Both the position numbers and the translations under genes were made by a program. The notes beneath the pieces were generated by a model that had not been told where the DNA came from, did no database searches, and saw nothing but the letters and a program-made list of their open reading frames with translations. From NCBI RefSeq assembly GCF_964204645.1, contig NC_134029.1, forward strand, positions 682,001 through 746,000: a stretch of 64,000 nucleotides of DNA, written 5' to 3'. This stretch comes from Tubulanus polymorphus (taxonomy: Eukaryota; Animalia; Nemertea). The stretch's first letter is position 1. Each line of letters begins with the position of its first letter. Positions 1-11,045 of the stretch are shown piece by piece.

Positions 1-67
1 AATAAAACCGTTTTTATTTCATGCCTTTGTAATTTCTATATACACTTTACCATAAACGAACACCTAC

Positions 68-162
68 ATAGCAATAGTCACCAGTCGGGCAGATCTTTGG
101 TTGTGTGGCTTTGTTGCAACTGCTCTGACCCCAACATTGATAACATTTTCGTAACTTGTCTT
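68..162 (-). CDS. Exon 4: N-terminal half of LU domain 2 (gene continues beyond the window's left edge)
   Basis: Acceptor ttgtttcatttgcag|, donor |gtaggt (67). 95 nt, phase 1 to 0. Encodes (E)DKLRKCYQCWGQSSCNKATQPKICPTGDYCY, with the same length, phases and Cys positions (6,9,15,24,30) as exon 2. Confidence 0.88.
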
Positions 163-214
163 CTGCAAATGAAACAATTCCATTGTAAAACAGGACACAG
201 GTTCTGAAAGTTCA

Positions 215-305
215 GGACCCCAGTTCCACGGTTTAGGAGCTATACATTTGAAATGAACTGATTGTAACTCGGGGATAACCATAACTCGCAACTGTAGAAC
301 TAGGC
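215..305. mobile_element. Degenerate MITE copy inside intron 3 of the LU gene
   Basis: Ends ggaccccagttccac...ctgtagaactaggc are imperfect inverted repeats. Similar segments occur at ~13130-13156, ~21160-21240 and ~47875-47965. Confidence 0.6.
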
Positions 306-384
306 TTCGGTTTGTTATACCGGCAAATGAATTAGTTATTTGAAATTTATCAATAAATGTTATAGGATTCAAAAGTTAACTGAC

Positions 385-544
385 CACCGGGTGTGTATCC
401 ATTGCATCCGTCTGAATGACAACATCTTCCGTAGTAATAAATTGATTCCCTTCTCAAAGAGCTTAATTTACTTTGACAATAGGTGGCGTCGTAACAGCCC
501 TTCATTACACTTTCTGACCGACGCGGTTTTTTATAGTGCATAGT
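385..544 (-). CDS. Exon 3: C-terminal half of LU domain 1
   Basis: Acceptor ttatttttag|. Encodes TMHYKKPRRSESVMKGCYDATYCQSKLSSLRRESIYYYGRCCHSDGCNGYTPG, containing KGC and the diagnostic CCxxDxCN motif, which completes a 10-Cys domain. Probable phase-1 donor G|gtcagt at 384; if unspliced, the frame reads on to a stop at 350-352. Confidence 0.9.
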
Positions 545-672
545 CTAAAAATAAATTGATAATTAACAGAACAATTACAACAGAAGCGTCCTGAACGCGT
601 TACCTCGAAATTCTTTTTTATGAATGTCCCCGGGATTAACTAACACCTGTCCATGTAAGGATATATACTTAC

Positions 673-767
673 AATACATGTTTCAGTAGGTTTACACTTT
701 TGGCGTGATTGCGATGTCGCGCATAAATAGGCACCGCTACAACTATAACACTGTAACGCTCGTGCAC
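673..767 (-). CDS. Exon 2: N-terminal half of LU domain 1
   Basis: Acceptor atatttcag|, donor |gtaagt (672). 95 nt, phase 1 to 0. Encodes ARALQCYSCSGAYLCATSQSRQKCKPTETCI, with the LxCYxC start motif and 5 Cys. Confidence 0.92.
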
Positions 768-958
768 CTGAAATATATATTTTTGATTTTTGCAATATTA
801 TGTCGTAGAAATCTGTCCAAGAAAATAGACGATGAAAATCCATCGTTGTGAAAGAGAAAATCAGGATTCGAAACCAGTTAATTTACGAGAAGCCGATGGT
901 TTCAAAAATGAAAATTAAATTTTTCAGAAATCGGTTACTTATTTTAATATATACAAAC

Positions 959-1016
959 CCTGAAAGCATCCGACCAACACAACAACAGTGACTAAAACAT
1001 TCAAACCAGTATTCAT
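959..1016 (-). CDS. Exon 1 (signal peptide) of a multi-domain Ly6/uPAR (three-finger) protein gene
   Basis: ATG at 1016 reads MNTGLNVLVTVVVLVGCFQ-G, with a hydrophobic core. The 58-nt exon ends at a phase-1 donor G|gtttgt (958) and joins exon 2 in frame to give ...FQGARA/LQCYSC, a typical signal-peptidase context. Confidence 0.85.
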
Positions 1017-2225
1017 CTTCCAGCTTTTCTTCTACAATTTAAAGTCGATTACAATTCTAAGCCACCGGACGAGTTCTGTCACACGATTCTTTTTGAAAAT
1101 GACATAAATCTAGACGTCACATTTTTATTAATGATACTTTCCCATCAGGAAAAAAACTTACGCAACTGAATACATGTATTAATCGGGCTTAATTTGATCA
1201 TTAGATACATTAGATACATTAGATACACTATCATCCCAGTAGAACAAGTTGAACTATATTTAGGTAATAGCTAAAATGTATTTTTGACATCTTTTACTGC
1301 GATCATTAACCCCGTTCTCTACTGAAACATATGGATCGATAATCATCCTGTTCAAGGCCACCACTGTCTGTATGTGGCTTCGAGGGAGTGAATTAGCAAA
1401 AAGATAAACCACGCTTTTTCCCGATATATCGAATCATAATTCCAGGAATCTGAATTCGTTAAATTATATCTATATTCTGTTTATGATCTGCAACAGCCTA
1501 CACTACAGTATAACGCGTATCAGATACATGTATTTTGTGGCAGCCATCTCTCAGTAACTGAGTACATCCTGTTGCCGCTACTGCGCTAGCTGCTGCTGTA
1601 CTGCAAGATTCACTTATACTGTCAGCTACAAACTCACTATATTCACATAACATGTTTACCTTACCTTTTTTACCAGATATATCTATGTATGAATTCAATC
1701 CGTATCATTCCCGTCCTTATTTACTCCAGTCCTGGTTTTATCTATCTCCGCATTCTCGAATCAGACCAGGCACTCCGTATGAAACCGAGGCACTGGATAT
1801 ATCAATCAACTCCTCGGAGGATCAATGTCAAGGTCGAATAAACTTGCATATTGTCTCTTATGATATATAGAAAAGCTGTGACAATCCTGGGCTTGATTTC
1901 ACCCACGGGGCAGGCATTATCAATCGGAATTGATTTACTCCAATCCATTTTATATTTTGGATCCACGCTCCACGTCACAGTTCGCTTAGAGCCAAATTGA
2001 ACTCTAAGGAAGTGAAGGACTGCTGGTACGAGATCTTCACAGTTAAGAGTTAACTCATTAAAAAATGAATTAATTTTTACTATGCATTCAACTGTAACTC
2101 ATAACTTTCAAAGAGTTTAATTCACTTGGACACAACGTAGCGTCGTAACATCCTCGTTTAAGTTTTTCTAGTGTTTTCGATGCGGTATCGGTTAATTAGA
2201 ATTTCACGATAATGTCTGAAACACA

Positions 2226-2253
2226 TGACGTCACTTCACCCAGTCCCGGAAGT
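2226..2253. promoter_or_regulatory. Candidate promoter motif pair: CRE (TGACGTCA) and ETS (CCGGAAGT)
   Basis: Perfect TGACGTCA at 2226-2233 and CCGGAAGT at 2246-2253, about 1.2 kb upstream of the LU gene ATG. Function is unproven. Confidence 0.3.
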
Positions 2254-2439
2254 GGTTGTTTCCACAGTGATCTCCGTCGCTCTTAGATCCTAAAAGTGGT
2301 ACATCAGACATAAAGCTGCTTACTGTAGTTGTATATATAAACTGCCTCTAGACGAATTATTACATATTACTTACCTTAAAACTATAGGTAATGAAAACTG
2401 ATTATTTTCCAGGTTGTTTTTACTGTATTGGATTGATAG

Positions 2440-2712
2440 CTCGGAAAGATTCCATTTCCTTCCAGCGTTCGCACGACTACATTGAAACATTTATATCAAT
2501 CGCATTTTGCTTTAGAGCAGGAAAACCAGTTCATACGCATCTCATATTCGTCATTTCTCATATTTTCACTCGGAATATCGTGGATAAAATATGTGATTTG
2601 GTCATGCCAGCCTGAAGATTGTACATCACTACTGAGTCACAGAAGCTTCTCTCAGTTACATATCGTATGAAGTCATTTGGCGGACGTGCATTTGGACATT
2701 TGCACCCCCACC
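2440..2712 (+). mobile_element. Possible degraded 3' end of a non-LTR retrotransposon ORF2 (L2/Crack/CR1-like)
   Basis: Broken frames read KICDLV... and KLLSVTYRMKSFGGRAF, which resemble the LLxVPxxxxKxxGxRAF motif at the C-terminus of these LINE ORFs. Interrupted by stops. Confidence 0.4.
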
Positions 2713-2833
2713 GTGAACACTCCGTGATATTGACTCGCCGATTTCATAGGAAATGTCATCAAGATTCAAGTCACTACGATCTGTTCCTGGAGAGGGAAAA
2801 ATCTAGTACTATTTTCAAGATGCTACATACATT

Positions 2834-2987
2834 ACACTCTACCGCTATCCGCCCCTCACCCACACCCTAACACTCTACCGCTATCCGCCCCTCACCCACA
2901 CCCTAACACTCTACCGCTATCCGCCCCTCACCCACACCCTAACACTCTACCGCTATCCGCCCCTCACCCACACCCTAACACTCTACC
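2834..2987. repeat. 36-bp minisatellite, ~4.3 identical copies
   Basis: Unit acactctaccgctatccgcccctcacccacacccta. Confidence 0.95.
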
Positions 2988-3540
2988 CCTTCCACCACTA
3001 TCCCACGCGCGATTTACTCGATTCTGATAAAATAGTTGATTATCCGAATTGAGACTCGCGTGAAGAGAATGGAATGATTGTTTCAGAGTGAGTGAGATCT
3101 GCTGCAGGCTACATCACTAACAACGATCGACACGAGTTGAAGACGGATTGAAATCTAACAGAGGTAATTCATCGTTAACGCAGTGAAGTTCTATGTGAAG
3201 GGATTTAGGCTGATCTGTAGTCACTGGAGGAGAAACAGTAGATTTTTTTAAGTGTCAGTATCAAATTTGAAGTGTTAGTTTCAAATGATTAGTATGATTC
3301 TCTAAATGATTCTCTAAATAGAGAGACGCAATCGGCTGATGATGCAAGATATTTCTGTTGGGTTCGATAGAATTCTACTCGGACTGCAAAATTTAATTTC
3401 AATGTTTGATTTATCGTGACTATTTTCCTCGGCGCGTAATCTATTCTTCATGTAGAATTAAACTGTGTTCAACTAAAATTGATTTGGAAACAAAATGTAT
3501 ATCCTTGATTTCTGGCCACTGCAGTTCGAACACGCTGAAT

Positions 3541-3738
3541 ACCGAGTTCCCTGATTCTGAACTCGGTGAAATATTTACAGCAGTCTCAAACGCTACCGAG
3601 TTCCCTGATTCTGAACTCGGTGAAATATCTACAGCAGTCTCAAACACTACTGAGTTCCCTGATTCTGAACTCGGTGAAATATTTACAGCAGTCTCAAACA
3701 CTACCGAGTTCCCTGATTCTGAACTCGGTGAAATATTT
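3541..3738. repeat. 54-bp tandem repeat (~3.7 copies), each unit with a 9-bp hairpin
   Basis: Units start at 3541, 3595, 3649 and 3703; hairpin accgagttc-cctgattct-gaactcggt. Explains ORFs 3406..3873 and 3441..3701. Confidence 0.95.
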
Positions 3739-5270
3739 CCTGTAGTCCCAATACGCTACCGAATAAAGCGGAATGTTTCGTGTTCTGAATGCGCACAGTT
3801 TTTCTTGCATTTCTTCTTACAGTTTTTCTTACACTTCATATACAAAACTCTATTGAGAGGAAAATATCATTAAAAACAACTCTTCACCAAACGATACGAT
3901 ATAATGTTACAACGTATATGAATAATTGAGATAATGGACGCATCTTTCACAGTCGATCTAATGCGCGCAGTCGTGAATAGTAGAAAAACAAACTGCACTG
4001 CTTTCTCACAATCGTAACTGAAGAGTTTCCCACAAGAAAGTGACGCTAAACTTATCATTTATTCAAGTATATTCTTACTCGATTCTTACATTCGTTTCAA
4101 GTCTGGGAATTAGTTTAAAACTCACGGGACAATCCTACCGAAATATCTAACGTTTCGGAAAAAAGATCCAATATGGCCACCAGGCAGCAGTTTATTTCAA
4201 CGAGTAAAGGATATTGCCTGAACGGAAAATTCCACGAATATTGCATTTAGCTTTACCGTTTTTTTTACTCCTGTGAAAAAAACACCGTTCTTTTCATTTC
4301 TTCGAGTCGTCGAGAAAATCAATTTCAATTTGGCCGGTTAAATTGCCTACACGCCTCCTAAATGGCAACTTCGCATGTCCGCATTTTCTGGATGCTAAGT
4401 CGTCGGAAAACGATTGTTTTTCCTGCCTTCGCTTCTTGTTGGCGTCGATGATAGGAAAACGCCGCGTAACAAACGGACTGATAGCAACAACGGTAAAAAG
4501 GTGCGTGAGTTGTCACAGACAACCGTTGTCGGGTTGTAACATAATTGATTAATATTAAACCTCGTCAATTGCTACAATATCGGCCCAGACGCTGTTTTCT
4601 ATGTGGTCTGAAGCTCGCGCTGGAGCTGATAGAATATGACATGCAAATTTCAAGTAAATTAATAAAACCGTGAATGTTATAGAAATGTACAGCGCACGCA
4701 CTGTGAGCGGTCCTGTGTGATGTGTAATCAGTTATTGTAACAGTACCAGCCACTCGACGAAAAGGCCGTTTCATCGGACAGGAAACAGCGCTTTCTGGCT
4801 GACTGCTTTAATCATTTTGTTATTTGACAAACAAAAATTATATGACACATACATGACGCTTATGACTGCTGCGTGAAACACCGCTGAGCTGCCGAGCTGC
4901 AGTTCTCAATATTTACAGCCGATCAAAGCAAACCTTTTACATCGTTCACAGTTATTTCAATCAGAGTTTTACCATTTCTATTTAGGTTTCATCAACGGGA
5001 TTTTTTATTCATTTATCGGCTGGTGTGAAATGTGCATAAAACGCGTCAATATCATAAAAACATCCATCATCCATACATCGGATATCGTCGACCATTCTTG
5101 ATTACTTTCAGGGTTGTATTTGAATAGCAACCGCCGTCACCTCTATTAGTAACCAGTCCATCAATTCATTTAACAAACATTTACAACATTTTGTCGACGA
5201 TTTAAATCCGATTTACTCGACATTGTGCATTCGAAGCGCACCGATTCACAAAGATATAAGAATATAGATG

Positions 5271-5339
5271 TCTACCCTGGCATGCGAGTACGATGTTTAC
5301 CCAGGCACGCGAGTACAACTCTACCCTGGCACGCGAGTA
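5271..5339. repeat. Short ~24-25 bp tandem repeat, 3 copies
   Basis: Variants of tctaccctggcacgcgagtac. Confidence 0.8.
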
Positions 5340-5911
5340 ATATATATTACTCTCCGCAGTGAAAACGTCGCCGTATTTTTATCTGCTCACAATATTTTGC
5401 CGCGCGTCACTCATTGATTAATTTGTCGCATGTAATTGTTTAAAGTTGAGTCATTGGTCGCTAGAACGCTGTGTCGCCGCTGTCTGTAAAAGCTTTCTAT
5501 ATTCTATACACAGTTCATAAATGAAAAATGACGAACGATTTTCAATGATGAGATTTTGAGTCGAATGGTTATTTCATGCCAAACTGGGTATCGTATTGAT
5601 TCGACCACTCGTATTGTGTGTGTTACTGTGGTCTCTTGTAATCAGTTAATTCTCCAAGACTGAGAGAAAAATCCTACAATAATTCAGCGAAAGATGTAAG
5701 ACATCTTAGCCACGTACGTAACGCATGATGATGTCTAAAAGTATTCAGGCGAAAAGTTGCTCCAAATATATACACTTTTACTATAGAACTTTTCATCTAC
5801 GGCTGAATTTATCGTGAGATTTTTTACAATCATTCCCAAACAACTTCTAAGCGACTGAACCCAATTTTAGTGAAGTTCGACTCAAAGACGCCCAAATATT
5901 CGTTCATTCCA

Positions 5912-6220
5912 GGGGCCGGTTCCATAGTCATGGCTTAGACTTAAGACCAGTCTAAGACCAACTTAGTTCTATAGCCAATCTAACAGCTTAAGACCAGTCT
6001 AAGACCAACTTAGTTCTATAGCCAATCTAACAACTTAAGACCAGTCTTATGATTTAAGACCACTTTTGGACTTAAGTCACAACTGTGCCGGTTCCATAGT
6101 CATGGCTTAGACTTAAGACCAGTCTAAGACTATCTTATTTCTATAGCTAATCTAACAACTTAAGACCAGTCTTAAGATTTAAGACCAATATCGGACTTAA
6201 GTCGCGACTATGGAACCGGC
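5912..6220. mobile_element. Head-to-tail dimer of a MITE with 15-bp terminal inverted repeats
   Basis: gccggttccatagtc (5915-5929, again at 6087-6101) and gactatggaaccggc (6206-6220) are perfect reverse complements. Internal ttaagaccagtct subrepeats are present. Confidence 0.85.
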
Positions 6221-8804
6221 TGACTGGTGTTTAAACTCTATACCGGAAACTGTGAAATCGGGCCCTAACTTTCTTAAGTTAAGAAGTGTTGAAATAAACG
6301 ATTTGACTCAGAAGTCGAACTTAAGTCGAAGGCGTTGTTCACAGAATGACTTTAATTTGTATCATTGTGACGATAATGTGGAATACTGTGAAATGTTTTT
6401 CTACGCTTTCTTCGATATCCGTTGTTTTGGTCAATGTTTGGTATTTCTAATTGAAGAATATTTAAACACGACACTAGTTACACCAGAAATACATTCTCTT
6501 TGTGTATTTTTGGCGGTACGTATATTCCATATACTTGTATCGTTCTTAACGAATTGCGCCTGCGAGTTTTCAGATAGAATTACACAATTCTCTTTTAACT
6601 GTGAATACACAGCGTCCGGTGTCCGACTATCACTTTTCAAACTGATGAAGGATTCTCTCGTGATTTTAGGAGGAAGGATAGGGTTCACTTGTATTTATTT
6701 GATATTCGATTCGTTGTTCGTCGACGGTCCGTAAAATCAAGTAAATATACTGTTATGATGCGGGTCCGATTAGACTATTCAGATATACGGTAATTTTATA
6801 CTCCCGTCGCTGTCGTAACAACGCACCTCGTCTCATCGCCTACTCGTTTAATGGACTCGAAACATCAAAACCAGCTACAAACAACTCAACGACTGCAGTC
6901 AATTGCTTTAATGCTTGTTTTAGAAAGTCTCGCGGTTCGATATCTGTCTCGAGGGACGAGAAGTTTTATTCGTATAAAAAGTCGTCGAGGAAACCATTTG
7001 AAGAGATGCAGGGGTTATTACTAGATGACAACACACGTATATCGACAATACAGGTCAGGTATGCAGACCCTGTGACCCGTAAACGATCAGATTGAGAGCG
7101 CCAAGACTAAAATCACAAACCGTGGCCCAGCAGTTGTACAGTCGTGGTACTCAATATCAAAACTTTGTGGTGACCAGTGGTAACTATAGAGGTAGCTATA
7201 CGACTGCAAATTAGTTTAATCAAGTACCGTGCGTTTACTAACTCTTTGACTACGATGTCCCCGCGCACCCCCCCCCCCCCTCCCTCATCCCCCGCACCCC
7301 CAACTCATCCCCATTATATCAATTAACCAAACGAGTCTGTAACGTTTCGGAAGAAAAATGAAATTGACATCAAAGTAAACGACATCTTTCAGATGTTTGA
7401 AAACAACCTTCACGCCAACGATATGAGATTCTTTTAATCACAACGAGCAGAAAAAAACTGTTTATTTTGTTTCTTTAAAATGTTGTCGTTATCACGAGAA
7501 ACAATAAAGTCAGAGAATATGAAAAAAAATAACTCATTGAGCTGAAAATTCACTTCTACAAAATTGTAGAATCAGCAGGCGTTTCACAGTTAAGTGAAAT
7601 GAATCTGTATTTTTGAATGTTTTAGTTTTATCTAAAAGTTGTGTGTAGTCGCAAGTTTGTTGTGTGTAGTCGCTGCAGTACCTGAAAGATGTCAGAATGA
7701 TATCAAAAAGGAGTTTGCGTTATAGATAATTCATCGAATCGTCCTTCTATCAAGATATCGCTTCTGCGAAGTTAGTACCGGTATCTAATTCGGGAAATGA
7801 AAAGATGAATTTGTATTTGTCAATGTCTTAGTGCGCTATAAGCTTTGTAGAAGTCACTGTTGTAACTGGAAGATGTCAGTATAATAAACACAGTTGAAGA
7901 GAGAGAAAGTGTTGACATGATTTCACCATTAAATTCCCATTTCAAGCTGTATTCAGATTCAATGAGATGTTCACGCATTGCCGCACAGTCGACGCTCGGA
8001 GACCTTCGCAACCTCAACTCGATTTCTTCGCCCGAAGGAATAAACACAGCGTAAATCTAATTAACACAATTATAAAACTACGTGAAGCATGTACAGAATT
8101 GATAGATCGCAATACTGCACACTACACACTACACACTACACACTACACACTACAGTACGCGTATCGAGTCTCTATCCTCGTAAGTCGTGATCAGGCAAAT
8201 ATGCAAATATTTCTGTCTCAGATCAACACCTTTGTAAATATCAGTCACGCCTGGATTTCTGTAGCATTACATCAGAAAATCTCCTCGAATTGAAAACAAT
8301 TTATTCCAAATCGTCATTTAAAGTACAAATCTTTAAGGAATAAATCTGAAATGATTAAATTATGATGGGCTACTATGAAATTAATACATTCGTATTGAAA
8401 ATGGGTTCGAATCCTGATTTCAAAACCTGAGTCGACCACTATTTTGGGAAACTGTGGGTCCTCGGCTGTTTACACAGATATTGGGCCCTCGGGGATATAT
8501 AATACACGGTGTTATGGTAGGCGTACTGATGTTATTGTAAGGACCGGTTTATTTTACTTGAGTGTCGATTGATGTTTTTGCGTATAAACGACTTCCATTG
8601 AATACGACATTAATAATTCAGATAAACGACTGACGTCGTGAGTTTCACGTTCAATAATTCTTACTCGATACAAAATGAAATGTCTCCATTTCTGATATGA
8701 TATTAATTGGTTTATTGCCTCTGAGTCGCAAACTGAGCAGCGGAAAGTGCTACTCAACGGGTATAGGAGGGCAATCTCAATCAGCAGGTAAACGGTCTGA
8801 CGGC

Positions 8805-9110
8805 TGTACCGGGGCATGGGTCTGACAGCGCGAAGCGGGTACCGGGGCACGGGTCTGACAGCGCGAAGCGGGTACCGGGGCACGGGTCTGACAGCGCGGA
8901 GCGGGTACCGGGGCACGGGTCTGACAGTGGGGAGCGGGTACCGGGGCATGGGTCTGACAGCGCGAAGCGGGTACCGGGGCACGGGTCTGACAGCGCGGAG
9001 CGGGTACCGGGGCACGGGTCTGACAGTGGGGAGCGGGTACCGGGGCATGGGTCTGACAGCGCGAAGCCGGTACTGGGGCACGGGTCTGACAGCGGGGAGC
9101 GGGTACTGGG
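8805..9110. repeat. 33-bp GC-rich minisatellite, ~9 copies
   Basis: Unit gggtaccggggca(c/t)gggtctgacag(cgcga/cgcgg/tgggg)agc. Source of ORFs 8554..9081 and 8816..9175. Confidence 0.95.
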
Positions 9111-9842
9111 GTTTATTGGGTTTAAAGGGGTACTATGTTAGGGAGACTAACAATGGTGCATTGAGGGTACGATAGACTGAAATATGGAGGTAAGGTTTGG
9201 CGAGGAGCGCTGAAGGTACAGATGGTATGACAGAATGTTTTATAGTGAGATGGTTGTCGTACCCGGGAGTATGGTCGAGTCTGGCGGTGAGACCCGTGCA
9301 GAGTAAGTTGCTGTGACAGTATCGTGGATTCTCTATCGCTGATACAGTTTTTACCGTCACTCACAGCAAGGATTACTAGTTTTATAATAGAAATAGCGAT
9401 GATTATATCATACATATGACACCACAGAATAGGGATCAGTAAACCCGAACTGCTGAGACGTTGAAGGGCTACACTTGAGCCGCGCTGAGAATTAGCTGAC
9501 AATCACTGAAATAATCCTCTGAATAAGTACCCAAAAAACCAGTCAGAAATTATCATCTCTGACGCCTAGGAATCAGACAGTCATAGTACAATATATAATC
9601 CTGTGTACGATACTCGATTGGATTTAGAGATTTCTCGAGCGGTCGGGTGGTAAAGCCTTACTACTTATATGTGTTCCCTGTAGTGATCTAACATCCATCA
9701 ATGTCAATGACATTCACTGATCACTGTTTTCTGCTTATCTGGTTACACACCCACGTGGTCAATAGGTTTCCGCCAGTCTGAAATTGTATCTGACGTTTTA
9801 TCGTAGCTTAATGCCTGCTGAAATATCGAACAAAAAAAACCT

Positions 9843-9843
9843 A

Positions 9844-9935
<92 letters not shown>
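9843..9935. repeat. (GGCT)n tetranucleotide microsatellite
   Basis: About 23 perfect units. Confidence 0.97.
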
Positions 9936-10607
9936 TTGCTTCCTGAACTGTTATTCATGACAATTACGTAATTATGAAATTGAAGACTATTCTAGAGGTT
10001 TCATGCCGTAGACATTATTACGCACAAGACTCCGGCGCGCGAATAAAAGGGCTTTATATGACGATAATTGATCGTCACGAAGTTGACCAGATAGTGACCA
10101 GAAATAGCGTCGACTTAAGACTCTAGCTTTTGCAAAGTGCATTAAGACGGTACCTCAAACAACCTCTTTAGTCAAATCACTTGCTCTCAGCCTCTTCTAG
10201 CCTTCAAAGATTTTTCCACGGATACGTGGTCCATCAAATCTATTGTAATTAAGACCACTGACAGCATATATCGTTAAATCCAGGCTCGATTCCAGATGAG
10301 TTGTTATCCACCCAACACAGTAATAGTAGACTCAGTATTCATTCTCACCCTCTACGCTATGAGTCGCCGTTGTCTCGAGTTAAGCCTTCGGGTTACACCG
10401 AACTATATTGTAATAGGGAACTTGTCGGCCTTAAAAAGAAAATCTAATTTCATTAATTTTTAATCTGAAAATATTCCCCGAGCGAAAAAAAGTTGTAGAA
10501 AGAGAGAATGAGCTGTTCATCGAAGAATGAAAACCTTGAAGAAGAAGCTTTGGACAGAAAGTTCGTTGAATGCGGGTAGAAAGGTGAATCTTGCAGGGGT
10601 CATTATT

Positions 10608-10893
10608 GAGAGGCCGAGTAGAGAGGCCGTGTAGAGAAGCCGTGTAGAGAGGCCGAGTAGAGAGGCCGAGTAGAGAGGCCGAGTAGAGAGGCCGTGTAGA
10701 GAGACCGTGTAGAGAGGCCGAGTAGAGAGGCCGAGTAGAGAGACCGAGTAGAGAGGCCGTGTAGAGAGGCCGAGTAGAGAGGCCGTGTAGAGAAGCCGTG
10801 TAGAGAGGCCGAGTAGAGAGGCCGAGTAGAGAGACCGAGTAGAGAGGCCGTGTAGAGAGGCCGAGTAGAGAGGCCGTGTAGAGAGACCGTGTA
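10608..10893. repeat. 15-bp minisatellite, ~19 copies
   Basis: Unit gagaggccg(a/t)gtaga with variants. Confidence 0.95.
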
Positions 10894-11045
10894 CAGGGGT
10901 GGATTTAGACAAAGTCACTTTAAAATTCCGACCGTGTCGCCCGAAACGGTCGGAATTTTAAAGTGCCTTTTTATTTTTTCTCTGTATCATATATGCCCTT
11001 TTTATTGGTCGACATGGTCACAACATGCCCCTGGATCCGCCCCTG
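10894..11045. mobile_element. 152-bp MITE inserted in the minisatellite
   Basis: TIRs caggggtggat / atccgcccctg (1 mismatch). Flanked by direct gtgta (10889-10893 and 11046-11050). Internal perfect 20-bp inverted repeat at 10916-10935 / 10946-10965. Confidence 0.8.

Noticed and set aside
64-372. 102-aa ORF from the track
   Set aside because: Mostly intron 3, including a MITE; it overlaps exon 4 in the wrong frame.
3541-3738. CRISPR-like palindromic repeats, or a repeat protein (TEFPDSELGEI)
   Set aside because: Intervening segments are near-identical rather than unique spacers; the ORF is open only because 54 is divisible by 3.
8554-9175. Arg/Pro- or Gly-rich repeat proteins
   Set aside because: Both strands are open because of the 33-bp minisatellite, and the flanking translation is not protein-like.
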